A DNA stretch of 64,000 bases from positions 8,145,950 to 8,209,949 of the forward strand of contig NC_134026.1 of the NCBI RefSeq assembly GCF_964204645.1. Reading direction: 5' to 3'. This document shows, one piece after another, positions 24,553 through 37,603 of the stretch; the first letter of the stretch is position 1, and the number at the start of each line of letters is the position of its first letter. The stretch is from Tubulanus polymorphus (taxonomy: Eukaryota; Animalia; Nemertea). A program made the translations under genes and the position numbers. The notes below the pieces were generated by a model. The model was not told the DNA's origin and ran no database searches. It saw only the letters and a program-made list of their open reading frames with translations.

Positions 24553-27310
24553 AACTGTATTTACTCATTAGAAAATGAGGTTTTTAATGTTATCGCTTCT
24601 ATGGTTATTCGGATATTTGAACTCTCTTCCTAAGATTTATATCTATATGTACTACATTTCTTACATTGTTTTAATAAAATGATAACACCTATAAACAGCG
24701 GGCGTCATTGCTAAAAGTTGCCGTTAGGTTGGCAGGTGGATAGAAACTACTTTATATTTGTGATAATTGTTACGTACCATACTTTGCGCAACTGACCGCC
24801 GGTGTTTGTGGTACCGCTGTGATGTTTGGGGTACAGGTGTTAGGGTTTTGTACAGGGGTAGCTGTAGGGTTTAGGGGCAGATACAAACTATGGCACGTGG
24901 TCATAGTGGTAGTGATACTGTTGGTAATGGGTATACCTGCACTAGTGAAAAGTGCGGAATGTCTACCATAGCTATTTATAAAACTTCTTATAGATGTTTA
25001 TTCTCCTGTAACTTCACTGAGTGATGTATAGCAAGCTATACCTGGCGGACAAGTTGCTGCAGAGCACCAACTCGGCTCCTATCCACGCATCCAACATATA
25101 TACTACCACCACATACACCACTCGGCTACCATCCATCATGTACCACAACATACGCCAACTCGGCTACCATCCATCAATCACCACCACATATATTCCCGTA
25201 CTACTATATTATTGTACTTTTGAATACCTTGGTTGGTATATCCCTAATATTCTGCGGGGTCAGAGAGAGATGATAAAATTAGCCCATTAGTTTTCCCTCC
25301 TCTCGATAAGTCACAGCAAACTCATCTAAGGTAGCATACCTATGTGCCCTCTGATCATCCCGCCCTCGCCACCCTCGGCTACAGAGTTATCCTTATTACA
25401 GCAATTATACTACAATCGAGTCACCATGGTTATTGTATTCTTACCTTCAGTTGTAGAGAAGTGTTGTCCAATGCTCTCTCAGCTTTATGAGGAGGGCACC
25501 CCGACTGACTGCGGCTAACAGTGTCTGCTGTATGCAGCTAGTAAACCAAACCCTCCTTCTCATCAACAACCTGACTCAATCTCTTCTTATCATGTTATAG
25601 ACACCTGTTTGTAAGACGATAAAGTTTTAAACACAAAAATAAAAAGGTTGTGTGTGTATATACGTATGTTAGACGGGAGTTTGTCTGACTGAAACCCGGA
25701 GTGCACGGGAGTGGGGAGTGGGGGATTATTTAATAAAATATGATTGATAAGATCTGGTTAGCTCCGGATGACAGATTGATGAAGGGTCTAATTGTGTAGT
25801 TTCACACTCAATTAAACAATCGATTAATCGCCGTAAATAGCGATAAGAGATTTATGACCGACCAGCACTTATTCGCCATCTATCGTATATTGAATGAACT
25901 AACCCGACTCCGAATCGAGAATTTGAGTAGTTGCGGGTTATTGTGTCAGGAATCTCTGTCGGAATTCTGTTAGTAATTCATCACAGTATGATGAATAGAA
26001 ACAAGTGGACACGTGACACAATCTGAGATCAATATCAATTATTGATTTCTATTTGATTTTAAGTGATTTCCAACAATGACGACGGTTGAGAATATTCCCG
26101 TCAGTTATTGATCGATGAATCCACGACACACATGATCATCTGAGCTGAGAGATCAGAAGACAGAATCCCTCTGTTACTCCCCATACTACTGCTGATGCTG
26201 CTGCTGCTGCTGCTGGTGCCAGCTTCATCACCTATGAATTAACCCCGTTGGCTATCTATTTATTGCGCATGCGCTCGGTTTATGATAAAAAAAACATCGG
26301 AATTAATAATTAGCCTTGCGAAGTGAGTTTTTGTTGCTAAGAAACGTACTCTCAGATTGACATTTACCCGAGTGTACTCATACCCGCGTGTAAAAAAAAG
26401 TTTCTTCTCAGTGATTGAGACAGCGTGTGGGTTCTGTATAGCAGCTGCAGCAGCAGCAGCAGCGACAACACTGAGATTTATTATCGTCGTGGTTACTACT
26501 CCCCGACGGCGCGTGACAGTTGGATTTTTAAACGCGGAAGTAAAATCTAATCGAGGAGTATTTGAATGTTGCCTGTAGTTGGGATATTAGTTACTCTACT
26601 CTATATAGTATTAATCCAGGAGTTATTCTCGTACGGTTTGGATGATGCGTTTAAAGGACGTCAACCCAAAAATACCACGTCGACATCGTCAATGGGGCGT
26701 GAGAGGTGAGGGGAGCGTTGGGGAGGGAGTGTGTGGGGCGGGGAGGGGTGCCGTCAACCAGGGGAGGGAGGGAAGTTTGCCGTCAGGGCGATCCTCAATT
26801 ACCTTGTAAATATTCAACTTTGAAATGTTAAACTAATCGTGAGAAAGTAATATCAGTAATAATGAAATGTTGTTTGTTGTTTTCCGATTTTAGGCATAAA
26901 ATCCAGAATGTCACTAAAAAGAACATCCATAATTTGGACACACTATGGAAGCGCATGTGTCAGGCGAATGAACATATCAAACTCAATGGCATAAAACAAG
27001 CTATGATCACAGAAGCGATGGCGCATGCGCGAGAATTGAGACGTCTTGAAACATGTAATTTAATCGATACTTAATTTATACAAGATTCAATCAATAATCT
27101 GTAAATAAAAATATTAGTATTTTAAAGTGTGTTCTGTTTTATTGGAGCTGTCTGATTGTACGGAGGCTACCTCTATGAGTTTCTGATTCCAAATACCATT
27201 ATATCATGGACTCTAAAAGAGTTCACGATTTGCCCAAGGTTTCACCAGTAATGCTGTCCGATCCTTTGGGTGCTACTACGATACCACTAGTATAAAAAGA
27301 ATGTGGCCTG

Positions 27311-28267
27311 TTATTTGAGTGAGTTTCGACAGCGGATTTTCAAACAGAAATATTCACGAATTTCCCGTCCCAATAAAAGATATATGTAAAAATTAACTAT
27401 ATAGTTACACAATTGGAACTGAGCCGAAATATCTAAAAGAAAATTTGAGATTGGTAAAAATACAGCAATAGAAGTTGGAAGTGTAAATATTGCAAATGCG
27501 AGTGAAACTGTTACAAGCATTATTGTCGTGCGTTTTGATTTTGTAGTTTTCTGATCAGACGAAACAATTTTTGAACCTCTGAATAACTGAATTATTATAA
27601 CAGAATTTGATGTTAGAATCAGAGATAAAGGCAGAAGAAAAACATATATTACATATTGCATAAAAAGTAGAAATTGATCAGACAACTTGTAGTAACATCC
27701 AAAACTATCCAAAAAATTCATTACTACTGAAGGGTGAATACCGATTACTAGTGCGTTCATTACGAAAATGAATGCAATGGCGCATCGGGCGAATCTTGGT
27801 GTACATATCAAACGAGATGTGAATGGGAAGAGCACAACTGCCGCACGTTCTAAAGATATTGCTACTATTAACCACGCACTATTGGCACCGATAGAATCTA
27901 TCACATATTCGAAGATTCGACAACTGATCAGCGAATCCAACAAGGGTATTGGACCAGTTTCCACGTGCAGTAAGACAAACTGTAAAACGGGCATAAGCGC
28001 AAAACCGATACAGAACATAAAATCGCTGACTGATAAAACGATAAGATAGTTAGCGTAAGATAAACTGCGGAATCTGTGACTTATCATAATCAGGAAAGTA
28101 GCTGAATTTCCGAAGGCACCTAACAGGAACATGATGGGTAGAATGGCCAGTGACACAGTACGGTAGATACCAGACTTGTTTTCTACAGACATTAGAACGA
28201 TGTTGATGAAAGATCGACCACCGACAATCTGCATCTCAGTAGAATTCAGCATTTGTTCAACACTCAT
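27311..28267 (-). CDS. Intronless rhodopsin-family (class A) GPCR, peptide-receptor-like orphan
   Basis: Seven hydrophobic segments; TM1 GAFGN, TM2 YLIVLSVSD, TM3 C...SAWLIVAISLERA (DRY variant), TM6 FAIFTLP, TM7 NYIVNFYIY. Confidence 0.9.
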   Translation of the reverse strand: MSVEQMLNSTEMQIVGGRSFINIVLMSVENKSGIYRTVSLAILPIMFLLGAFGNSATFLIMISHRFRSLSYANYLIVLSVSDFMFCIGFALMPVLQFVLLHVETGPIPLLDSLISCRIFEYVIDSIGANSAWLIVAISLERAAVVLFPFTSRLICTPRFARCAIAFIFVMNALVIGIHPSVVMNFLDSFGCYYKLSDQFLLFMQYVIYVFLLPLSLILTSNSVIIIQLFRGSKIVSSDQKTTKSKRTTIMLVTVSLAFAIFTLPTSIAVFLPISNFLLDISAQFQLCNYIVNFYIYLLLGREIREYFCLKIRCRNSLK

Positions 28268-28939
28268 GTTAATTCGAGTAACAGAAACTTTAAAGTAGAA
28301 TAATCGAGTTTCCCTTGTGTGCTCGTCAGATTTTCATATAGGATTGATCAATGATCGTGATAGTCTCCTCTCATATATTGATGAACTAATTTCACTTTAT
28401 GCGAAATCCTCACAGTTCTATAATAAAGTCTTTTTATATCTGTACATGAATAGTTATTCATCATTCATTTTTTTAGATTTCGTAAAGCTATTCACAATTC
28501 ACACTACACACTGGTTGACCAATTATCGTGCCATACTGTTTAGATTGGGCTCACGTACTGTCAACTCACACTAGTATTGATGAATCAATTTTACCCGAAG
28601 GGTGATACAGATCTTATTCATGACAGCTTTTCATCATTTGATTTGTTAGATGAAGTTTATTGTTGACTTACAATTTGGCACATATCAAATATCAATTCTC
28701 AGAAATCTAGCACTTATATATTATATATATTATATACTATTTCTATTCAGGAAATATCGGGTGGGGCACGCAGTCTTGAATGAAATCCTATTTCAGTATA
28801 GTTTTTTTTATAAAACAAAATACATTTTCGAAGTTTCGCGTCGACTAAATGACTAAATGTCCTGTCCAGTTGTCCGGTTCAGCCACTGGCAGTCGAGCAT
28901 GGAATTCCCCCAATGCGGAAGTAACTGTTTGTTTACAAC

Positions 28940-31900
28940 ATGGCGACTGTAGTACCCGAATGGGCAATTTGTGCTCACTTATCGCCAGTAAATATATCCA
29001 GAGGAGCTCGCGGAAGCGTTGACACCGACGCAAATATGTCATGCAATCATAATGACACATATTCATTCTCCACTGAATACATGGTCGGTGCGCAGCTCGA
29101 CCAAAAACAAGATTTTGTGCGTTCCAAAACATCATCCAGATCCACCGCCGGCGCCAGCACCACTTCCTCCTCCGCAAACAGTTCGAAAAAAAGTTGTCTT
29201 TCGTTAACACCGCTTATAGTGGACTTTCAAAGATTGCTGAAAGGCCAGAATAAAGCCAAAGACAAAAAGGAGACAGATTTTGATGCGACTAATGGCGTCA
29301 TTCCAGGGGTAAGAAATCTCGGCATTCAGTCATGCCAACCTTTCATCGCATCCTGCCTGACCTTCCTTGTATTGAAAATTCAATCAGGTTGTATTTAGAA
29401 CCCTGCCATTAACAAACTTCACAGGCTTAATTTACGACACTTGTAGGCCTATTTGGAATGAAATGGCGTTAATCTAGCTGATCACCAGTTAGCCTAGTTA
29501 CCTAATCGTTGGTGGTAAGCTTATATGTAATCGGATGACTCATGATAATATCTGATCGTTTTAAACTAAACCACAGACAGGTTACTGACTAATTAGCTTG
29601 CCACAGGCCTTGAATTTTGGAAAATCAGAGCTACAGCAGAAGCATTTTACCAAAGACCATCAGCATCTCAATTTGCCTCCATAAATTTTAAAACCCATGG
29701 CAAAAATGTTGATACAGAATAAAAGTACTGAAGAATATTATTATAGATAGGCCCCTATAGAAAATTTGAAATCAATTGAATATAGAATGAAATTTCACTT
29801 CACATTGCTCGAGATGAAAATTTCAACCAACCAGTAGGCCTATTAAGTGACTAACTTTCCTTAATCAGTTAAGCCTATGTCTTTAAGATATCCAGTTCTG
29901 GAACTAAACTACTTTAATCTGTGGGTTGTGGTCTTAGAACTGTAGTTTCATATTTCTCGAATTGTTTTATCAGGTTTCGAATAGAGAGTTACTGCACGCT
30001 GTGATCGGATTATACGATGTATCACTGTCTGAAATGACTCCCGATGTACTGTATAATACCGTATGTGAGAAACTGGCTCGAACTATCATTCTCGTTAGAG
30101 ACATACAAGGTAAACTGTACTTGCTTAATCCGTATCGAGATAAATATGGCAGATTTTGACGTGGTGTAATGTGGTAATTCACGGATCTGTTACTACTTCA
30201 TCCTATGAAGGATTTTTGTATACTGGTTGATTGTAACTCCGTTCATGGTCCAAATGTCCAGTATGGGCAGTCCAATCTGGTAGAGTTACAGCCTATAGGC
30301 TCCTTGGGCTGTCCATCATAGACTATTATCATATGATTCATTCTTTGTGTAATAAGAGTGTTGATCTTGTAATGTGCATACAGAAATGTTAAATTTTGTA
30401 TTTGTATTGTAGAGAGTTCTATGAAAAATATTCATTGATTTGTTACAATTTAAGTGGCATAAGATAATTTCTGGCGGTTTGATTTGAGTGATATTTCAAG
30501 CTGCTATGGGAGAGTTTAGGCGGCATATGATTGATCTTTTTGATTTGCTGGCAAGGTGCATTCGCCTTCATTAAGATCCACCGAAAATGAATTAGCAAAA
30601 ATTGGCAATAGTTTTTTTAGCCGGATTTTGTCTCTCTTGTATAAATATTGTTGTTCTCATCAGACTTAAGCCGACTTGAATGTAAATATGTAAATGTTTA
30701 TTGCAACAGAACTTTTTTGACATTTTTGGCTCGCAAATACTTACCGTTGTGAGTGCTGCTCTTACATTGTCTTTTACAAAATAAAATTATTATTATTATT
30801 ATTATTATTGTCATTTTTTTGCGATTCAGATGTCGTAAGTGAATTAGAAAAAAAACGTGAGAAAGCATCATCGGTAAATGGTTCTGAAAAGGATAACAAT
30901 TTTGAAAAACAGCAAGAAAATGCGGAAACATCTCGCGTGAATGAGGAAAATAGTGAGAAAGTAAATGGCAAGATGATAAATGGAGAGACGAATGAGAAAG
31001 AATCAGGTTGGTATCTGAATATTTTTCGTGATTGTCCGAAATTATACCTTGTATCATAGGTGTCTTATCTTTCCGATATCTGAAGGTGAAACGGAGGATG
31101 AAGAGAAAAATGAAGAAGAAAATGACGATAATGGAGATGAAGATGAGGATATTTATGTCGACGAGGATGAAGACAAACCTGCTACATTCGCCTGTGTTTA
31201 TAGCGATACAGAAGATGAAGAAGATTCTGAAAGGTCTGTATATACAAAATGTTAACGGCCTGTCAAGGTCCCTACGACTCCTTGATTCCTTTAAAACTCC
31301 TTCTAAATGGAAAATGCTTTTAAAGGCGCTTGAAACTGCTTTGATTTGAGCAAAATGTCCAAACTTCTGTATAATCCCTTTAATTTTTACCAGTAGGCAA
31401 TTAGAAATTTTTCATTAGACTACATCTTAATTGATACAGTTGGGACCAGAATATTTTTTACCCAATTAGGCGGTTGCCAAATTACAAACCAAGTTTAGTT
31501 GTTGTTGTTAACTAGTAGTGAATAGCCCAATTTATTTCCAATTGGGTTGACCTCTGAGAAGTTGATAGATGTATTTGTCAAATAAACTTTTTTTTCAAAT
31601 ATATATATAGCTTTATTTCAGGGAAAATTTTACAATAAGTTATTTTGCTAAGGTCAAAATTGACATTAATAGCATAGTTATAAATATTTAACATTCAAAA
31701 AACCGCTATGTAGAAAAAAGACTATTACAATTATTAAGAACAAAATAATAATAATAATGATAATAATAATAATAATAATTATAATAATAATAGTAATGAC
31801 AAAAATAATAGTATCAATAATAATGACAATAGTAAAAAAGAAAATATTGGTTATAATAATTATTACAATAACAACATCACCACTATCACACAGTATTGAT

Positions 31901-34900
31901 CATTTCACAGTCGGTAGTCATAATGAGATTAGTAATTATTTAGATTTGCAAATTTTGCGGTTAGTGAGATAATACTGATGTTAGTATTATAGTTCAGGTC
32001 TGGACTACCAAACAATAAAGATTTACATTTATCAATAAGTCATTTTGAAAGGAATTGCTGCATTGTAGATAATTGAATTTCATTAGCAAGGTCCTGGAGT
32101 AGGCTATGGATTTTATTGCGATGAGGAGGGTGCTGGCATTTTAAAATTAGATGAACTGTATCGAGTCTTTTGTTGTTGCAATTAGGGCAATTTGGATGAA
32201 GCACATTGCTAAAATTATGGTCATATATAGCTGTGATCGTAAAAACATGTAGTCTACTTAGAGACATTTCTTCTCTACGATTTAAATTTAATAAACTGGC
32301 TGCCAGTATATTTGTATATTCTCTTAAACGCATAAAGCAATTACTTTTTGATGAGTTTATAAAATTCATTAAAACGATAAACTTTCCAGTTGTCTTCAAT
32401 AAAATTTTTGGCGAGGCAACACTCGAAATGTGAATTGTTAGTGTTTAAACCTTTCAGTGCTGACTAATTGATACCCTATCGTGCTGGAGATAATTTGAAA
32501 ATTTTTAAAAATTCCACCCTAGTGTGTTGAATAACGGGAATACCACTATAGTGCGTATACACCGCGGCGCGGTGTATCGTTAGTTACTAGTATTTCACTA
32601 TGTTTGACACGTGCTGCCATCTTTCAATAGAGATAAAAACTAATTACCAATTACACCAATACACCGCAGTGCAGTGTACTAGCAAAATCCATCACCAATT
32701 CATACACCGCACTGCGGTGTAGACACACTGACAGGATTAATACACAGAAGTTTATATTGAATAATAACTGTCTTGTATAGCTCGGATATTTTTCCAATTA
32801 TATGAACTTTCCTGAAGAACAGGATTAATTTTGTTTCACATTCACTAACGCTCTTAGAAATTGATCATGATTTATTTTCAGTGATGAAGATGATGATGAT
32901 GATGATGACGATGAAGACGATTTCTCACTCGGTATAAATACGTTTCTGTCGATGGTGAAAGAAAGACGAAAAGAGCGATTGAATCATACCGGAAAATACG
33001 AGTCAAAACACGTTCATATCGAAAACCGAATCGTCGGCTGTATCACTTACGACAAGAAATTCTGGTAATATTCCTATCGAAAATGAAAGAAATCTGTGAC
33101 CCAAATGCAAAAATATTACTCGGCAATGTCAAAATATTTCAATATCTATTGTTTTTTTGGGCCAGTTCAGATTAATTCATTGTTGACTGGTCGAAGTCAA
33201 GCCTCTGTAAAAATAGACCAGTTAATCAGCTAAGACTGCAAAGGTGTGCAAAGATGATCTTGAAAGACGGTTTTGATCTGTTAGAATGAGTGAATATATC
33301 ATTAAAACAATCACCCATCCAAATCTGCGTCCGACTGAAGTAATCTGTGAATTGAACTGAATTCTGCACTGTCTGCGATACTTAGAATTATGAGTATTTG
33401 TTATTTCAGTCGTGGCCAGGAACGAGTAATACATTTAACGCTTATAGCTGTGCGTAAACGATTCCAGGGATGGGGAATAGGAAAATATCTACTTCAAGTA
33501 AGTTGTAAATGTGGCTTTCTTCTCAGTTGCATACATTCGATAGTTGATTAGTCTGAATATCGCACAAGGTACGTGCGAACCATTGGAAACAACAGCTATA
33601 AAGCTTATAAAGTTTATTTTCAATGATTAAATTAATAATAGCCTGTTTTGTTTTTTGCAATCAGGTCTCAGGGCCACTTAAAAAAGCAATTACATAGGAT
33701 TCACATGATCTGCCTTTAGTAGCAACGATTCCCATTTTCAATAACTAAATTACTACAATTTGATCCTGATTTTCTTCATGAAACTGGAGCCGGGACGATA
33801 TTCAACCCTAACATCAAATATTATCCTCGGTCTGATGATGGATTTGACTTTTCTTTTCCAGCAAGTGAAAGACCCGATGGTTGTTGGTCAGTACGACGCC
33901 GTAGTCGTGCACGCTGATAATTCAGCAATCGAATTCTTTCAAAAATATGGCTTTAACGATGATATGGTGCTCAATAATAAATGGACGTAAGTAACGTTGA
34001 AATGAAAGTGAGCGCACATTTTGTCAAGAGTGTGTCAAGGAATCATCCAAGTTGGCTCATTGCTGGTGAAAGCATGTTTCAAGAATGGGCTTACCCCTTT
34101 CTATAATTGATTTATATCGTACGTGATAATGTACTTAGAAATTTAGAAAATAGATAGTTTGAATGTAGTGAGTGTTCAAAATCAAACATAACCCAATTTG
34201 TCAAAAGAAATTCTAAAATAGGCTTTCATCCTCAGAATGAATTGTATTTTGTTATGTAAGTGTATGACAAACATTTGAATTGCCCAGTCTTTTTTTTTTT
34301 AAGTGTCAAATATGAAATTAAACTGGCATCAAATCTACCTGCATCCCAGAATGTCCTTGTATTTCTTTGAATGGTTTGTGTTAGTTTGGTTATTCATTTA
34401 TTTTCAGTGAATTTGCAGAACAGTTTACCAACTGCACGTTAATGTGCTTCTTACCTCAGTTCCACAGTGAGTATCACGGGCCACACTTTTCATGCATTCT
34501 ATAGGCCCTATTACATGATCGAAGATACTAGGCAATATTAAATCAATCCCAAATGTTTTGACACAACCGCCAATTGTCAATTTTCAGGTCATAGTCTTTT
34601 AGGAAAAACTACAAATGAACTGGATTTAGCGAGTATGGATAAAGAGCTTAAAAAATGGTATGAAAAATCTTTTAAATACTCTTTGACTTTGGCCACTAAT
34701 ATGAACTATATTTTCATTTAGAGATGCCAGCACCAAATAATATATAATTTCTCGGCATAAACTCGATTTGTTGCCTACCATCATTTGCACTGGCGGTCCT
34801 ACGACCTTGACATTCGTCATCGATAATACTTAACTATGTACAACGGAAAAAAAGTTGAAAATGTGGGTGTACAAAGTATGCTATTTTTGGTTTGAGGGGG

Positions 34901-36186
34901 CACGTGTTTTTTTCCTTTTCTTTTTTTATTAGACATATTGTGATGCACTCGGATTTCAGAATTGATGAGAAACTAGAAATGAATTTCAAGTAGCTATAAA
35001 GCTGTTATAAAGATTGAACAGGTTAATTCTTTATAATCATTTGGTTTCAGGCGCGATAAAACGCTTGAAGCATACCAAGCTCAAGTTTCATGTATTACTC
35101 GATACAAAAATGAGATTCTTCATTTGAGGAAATTGGTGAGTTACATTCATTTAAAGACTTTATGCTGAGATAAACAAATTGCCTATGATAATAAGGTACT
35201 GGTTATTTGATTTTGATGATGTATTAAAAGTTGAAGATCCACCCACTTGAAGTCATTATTTTCACCATGTCACCAGTTAATCAGTTATCTCTCACCAATT
35301 TGTTGGCCTAAAATGGTTCTGGTTATGCCCGTCTTACTGTTAGTACCTAGAAATCTAGGGCTGGGCCAGTTTTATAGAACAGTTTTCGTCCAACATCCAT
35401 CCGTCTGCCTTTAGCCAAATCCAGTCTTTGTGGAAAGTTTTCATTATGATTTGATATATGATCTTGATTATGTATGTATCTACCGTACATTTCTGCATTC
35501 ACCAAGGGGCAATGGATAGTGAAATCATATTTCCATTATATTGATATTATATTATATTTGGGATCTCGGCATATTTAAATTTTTACCACATTCAATTGCG
35601 AAGTTGTAGCTCATGACATCTATGATTTTGGCGAGTTTCATTGGTGTCTCAAAGCCCATATTTATCAGGGGGCATTGAATTTTAGAATAGTCAGATTGTG
35701 GAACATTTCAGACACCACTTTCCAAGTAGGCATGGTGTCTCTGGGCCTCAAGTTTAAATAGGCGCAGAGTGGCCACTGACTTGAAAACTCATTGAAAACT
35801 CAGGGATTCAGAAAGATCTGAAAAACTCAGGAAATTGACGAATTTTACCAAAAACTTGGAAAAACTCAGGGAATTTGGATAATGCTATTGACCACGTGTT
35901 TCTTTATCAGTACATAATTCAATGAAAGATGAATGAATTGTAACATTTTAAACTTAGAAATTTCTCTGGTTAACTCAGGGAATTCTGTGTTTACAATCAC
36001 ATGGAAAAATCAGGGAAAACCCGGGAAATTTGTAAATTGGCGGAAAGTGGCCACCCTGTTACACTTACACCGGTATCACGCTGAATTTTCTTTAATATTT
36101 GGATGAAATACGAATCTTACACATTGATAACTCGCATAGTGAACACGCTTTGTGTGACTGTGATTTTGATATGGAAGTGTCTTAAC

Positions 36187-36222
<36 letters not shown>

Positions 36223-37566
36223 GCACGAACAGCCATGTAGACGATCATAAATATGGTATGGTTATAGATGTGCGTGTAATCTACTGTAAGCAGGCGTGAA
36301 GCTATATTTGACAGTCTGACCGCTATTACGAAGTAGGCCGGGAAAGAGTTAATACTGTAACTCGTGCATTAAATCCGTCAGTTCGTTCAAGATTGTTTTG
36401 ATAAATGCGTGTAGTGTAAAAACTTGCCTTTCAATCTATTTCGAAAACGTTTACTATGTCATCAGCGTCATAAAAATCGATTTCTATAGGGCCGACTGAA
36501 AGCTACCTGTTTATTTATTAGCCGGTTAATTTCAATGTATTTGTGTTCCACCTGACCTGTCGTTAATGAAACCAGATTTCACGATATTCAAAATTGTTTT
36601 AATCTCCTTATTATGTGGGTCATATAACACTGAATACGAGGAGTATGTTTGTGCGTTTTAAGTGCACAAGTCTCGTTTCTTAATGTGGTTACTGGATCTG
36701 TGAGGATCAGCTACATTTTGCTCTTGTAAGTATACGAAATGAAAATCACAAGCACGTTTGATACGTGTATCAAAGATCAAAGATCAAAGAAGTTTTTTAC
36801 CAGAGTTACCGGTATCATTGATTATTCTTTTCTTGATCGGTTCAGAAAAACGTTTTATGATATCTTTTAGCTTGTTGAATTAATTCAGAGGTCTGACAAG
36901 TACAAATTTTTTTGGTTATCTTTTAATTCGGGTATTTCAAAATAGCATGGGATATTTTTTCTGGTATAGGTGAAGATATGATTTAAACAATTAAAGATTG
37001 CAACTAGAAACAAGAAGAAACGTCAAGTGTTCTACGATATGCACTACTGCACTAAGAAACATTTCTTGGAATTTCGTTTCATGATGATTTATTGCATAGG
37101 CCCCATGTACTTTAAAAAAGTTGTGATCAAGAATTTAATTCCTTGAATTTCAAGAATTTTTTTGAAGTCTATTTTGACTTGGTTCTACGTTGATTTGCTT
37201 TATCCACGATATATATCTGATAGGTAAAGATCATTTTCGTTTCAAGGTTACGCAACAGGAAAAAGATATTCTGAAATTAAAAGCTGAAAAATTGAACGCT
37301 GAACAAGACAAATATGAACTAGGTAAATTTGTGTTTCTTATTTTAAGAATGGTGAGATTTATTTGATGATGATGTAAGTGGAATCTTACTTCAACTAGGC
37401 CTATAAGTTCAGGTGACCCCTGGATAGGTTTGATAGACCAGTGTTATTTTGGACCTTTGGTTTAACTCAATATACTTTCATCCAGGTAAGACCCCTGGTC
37501 TAATGAGCGGGAACCTGAATGTATGATTTTATCATATATAGGACGGTGTAACTATTAAGTTAAAAC

Positions 37567-37603
<37 letters not shown>

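Larger units (their letters stand above)
23292..24636 (-). mobile_element. 5'-truncated Penelope-like retroelement with inverted pseudo-LTRs and 12-bp TSD
   Basis: 170-bp inverted repeats at 23288-23457 and 24447-24616; direct repeat TTATATCTATAT at 23280-23291 and 24637-24648; internal RT + GIY-YIG ORF. Confidence 0.93.
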
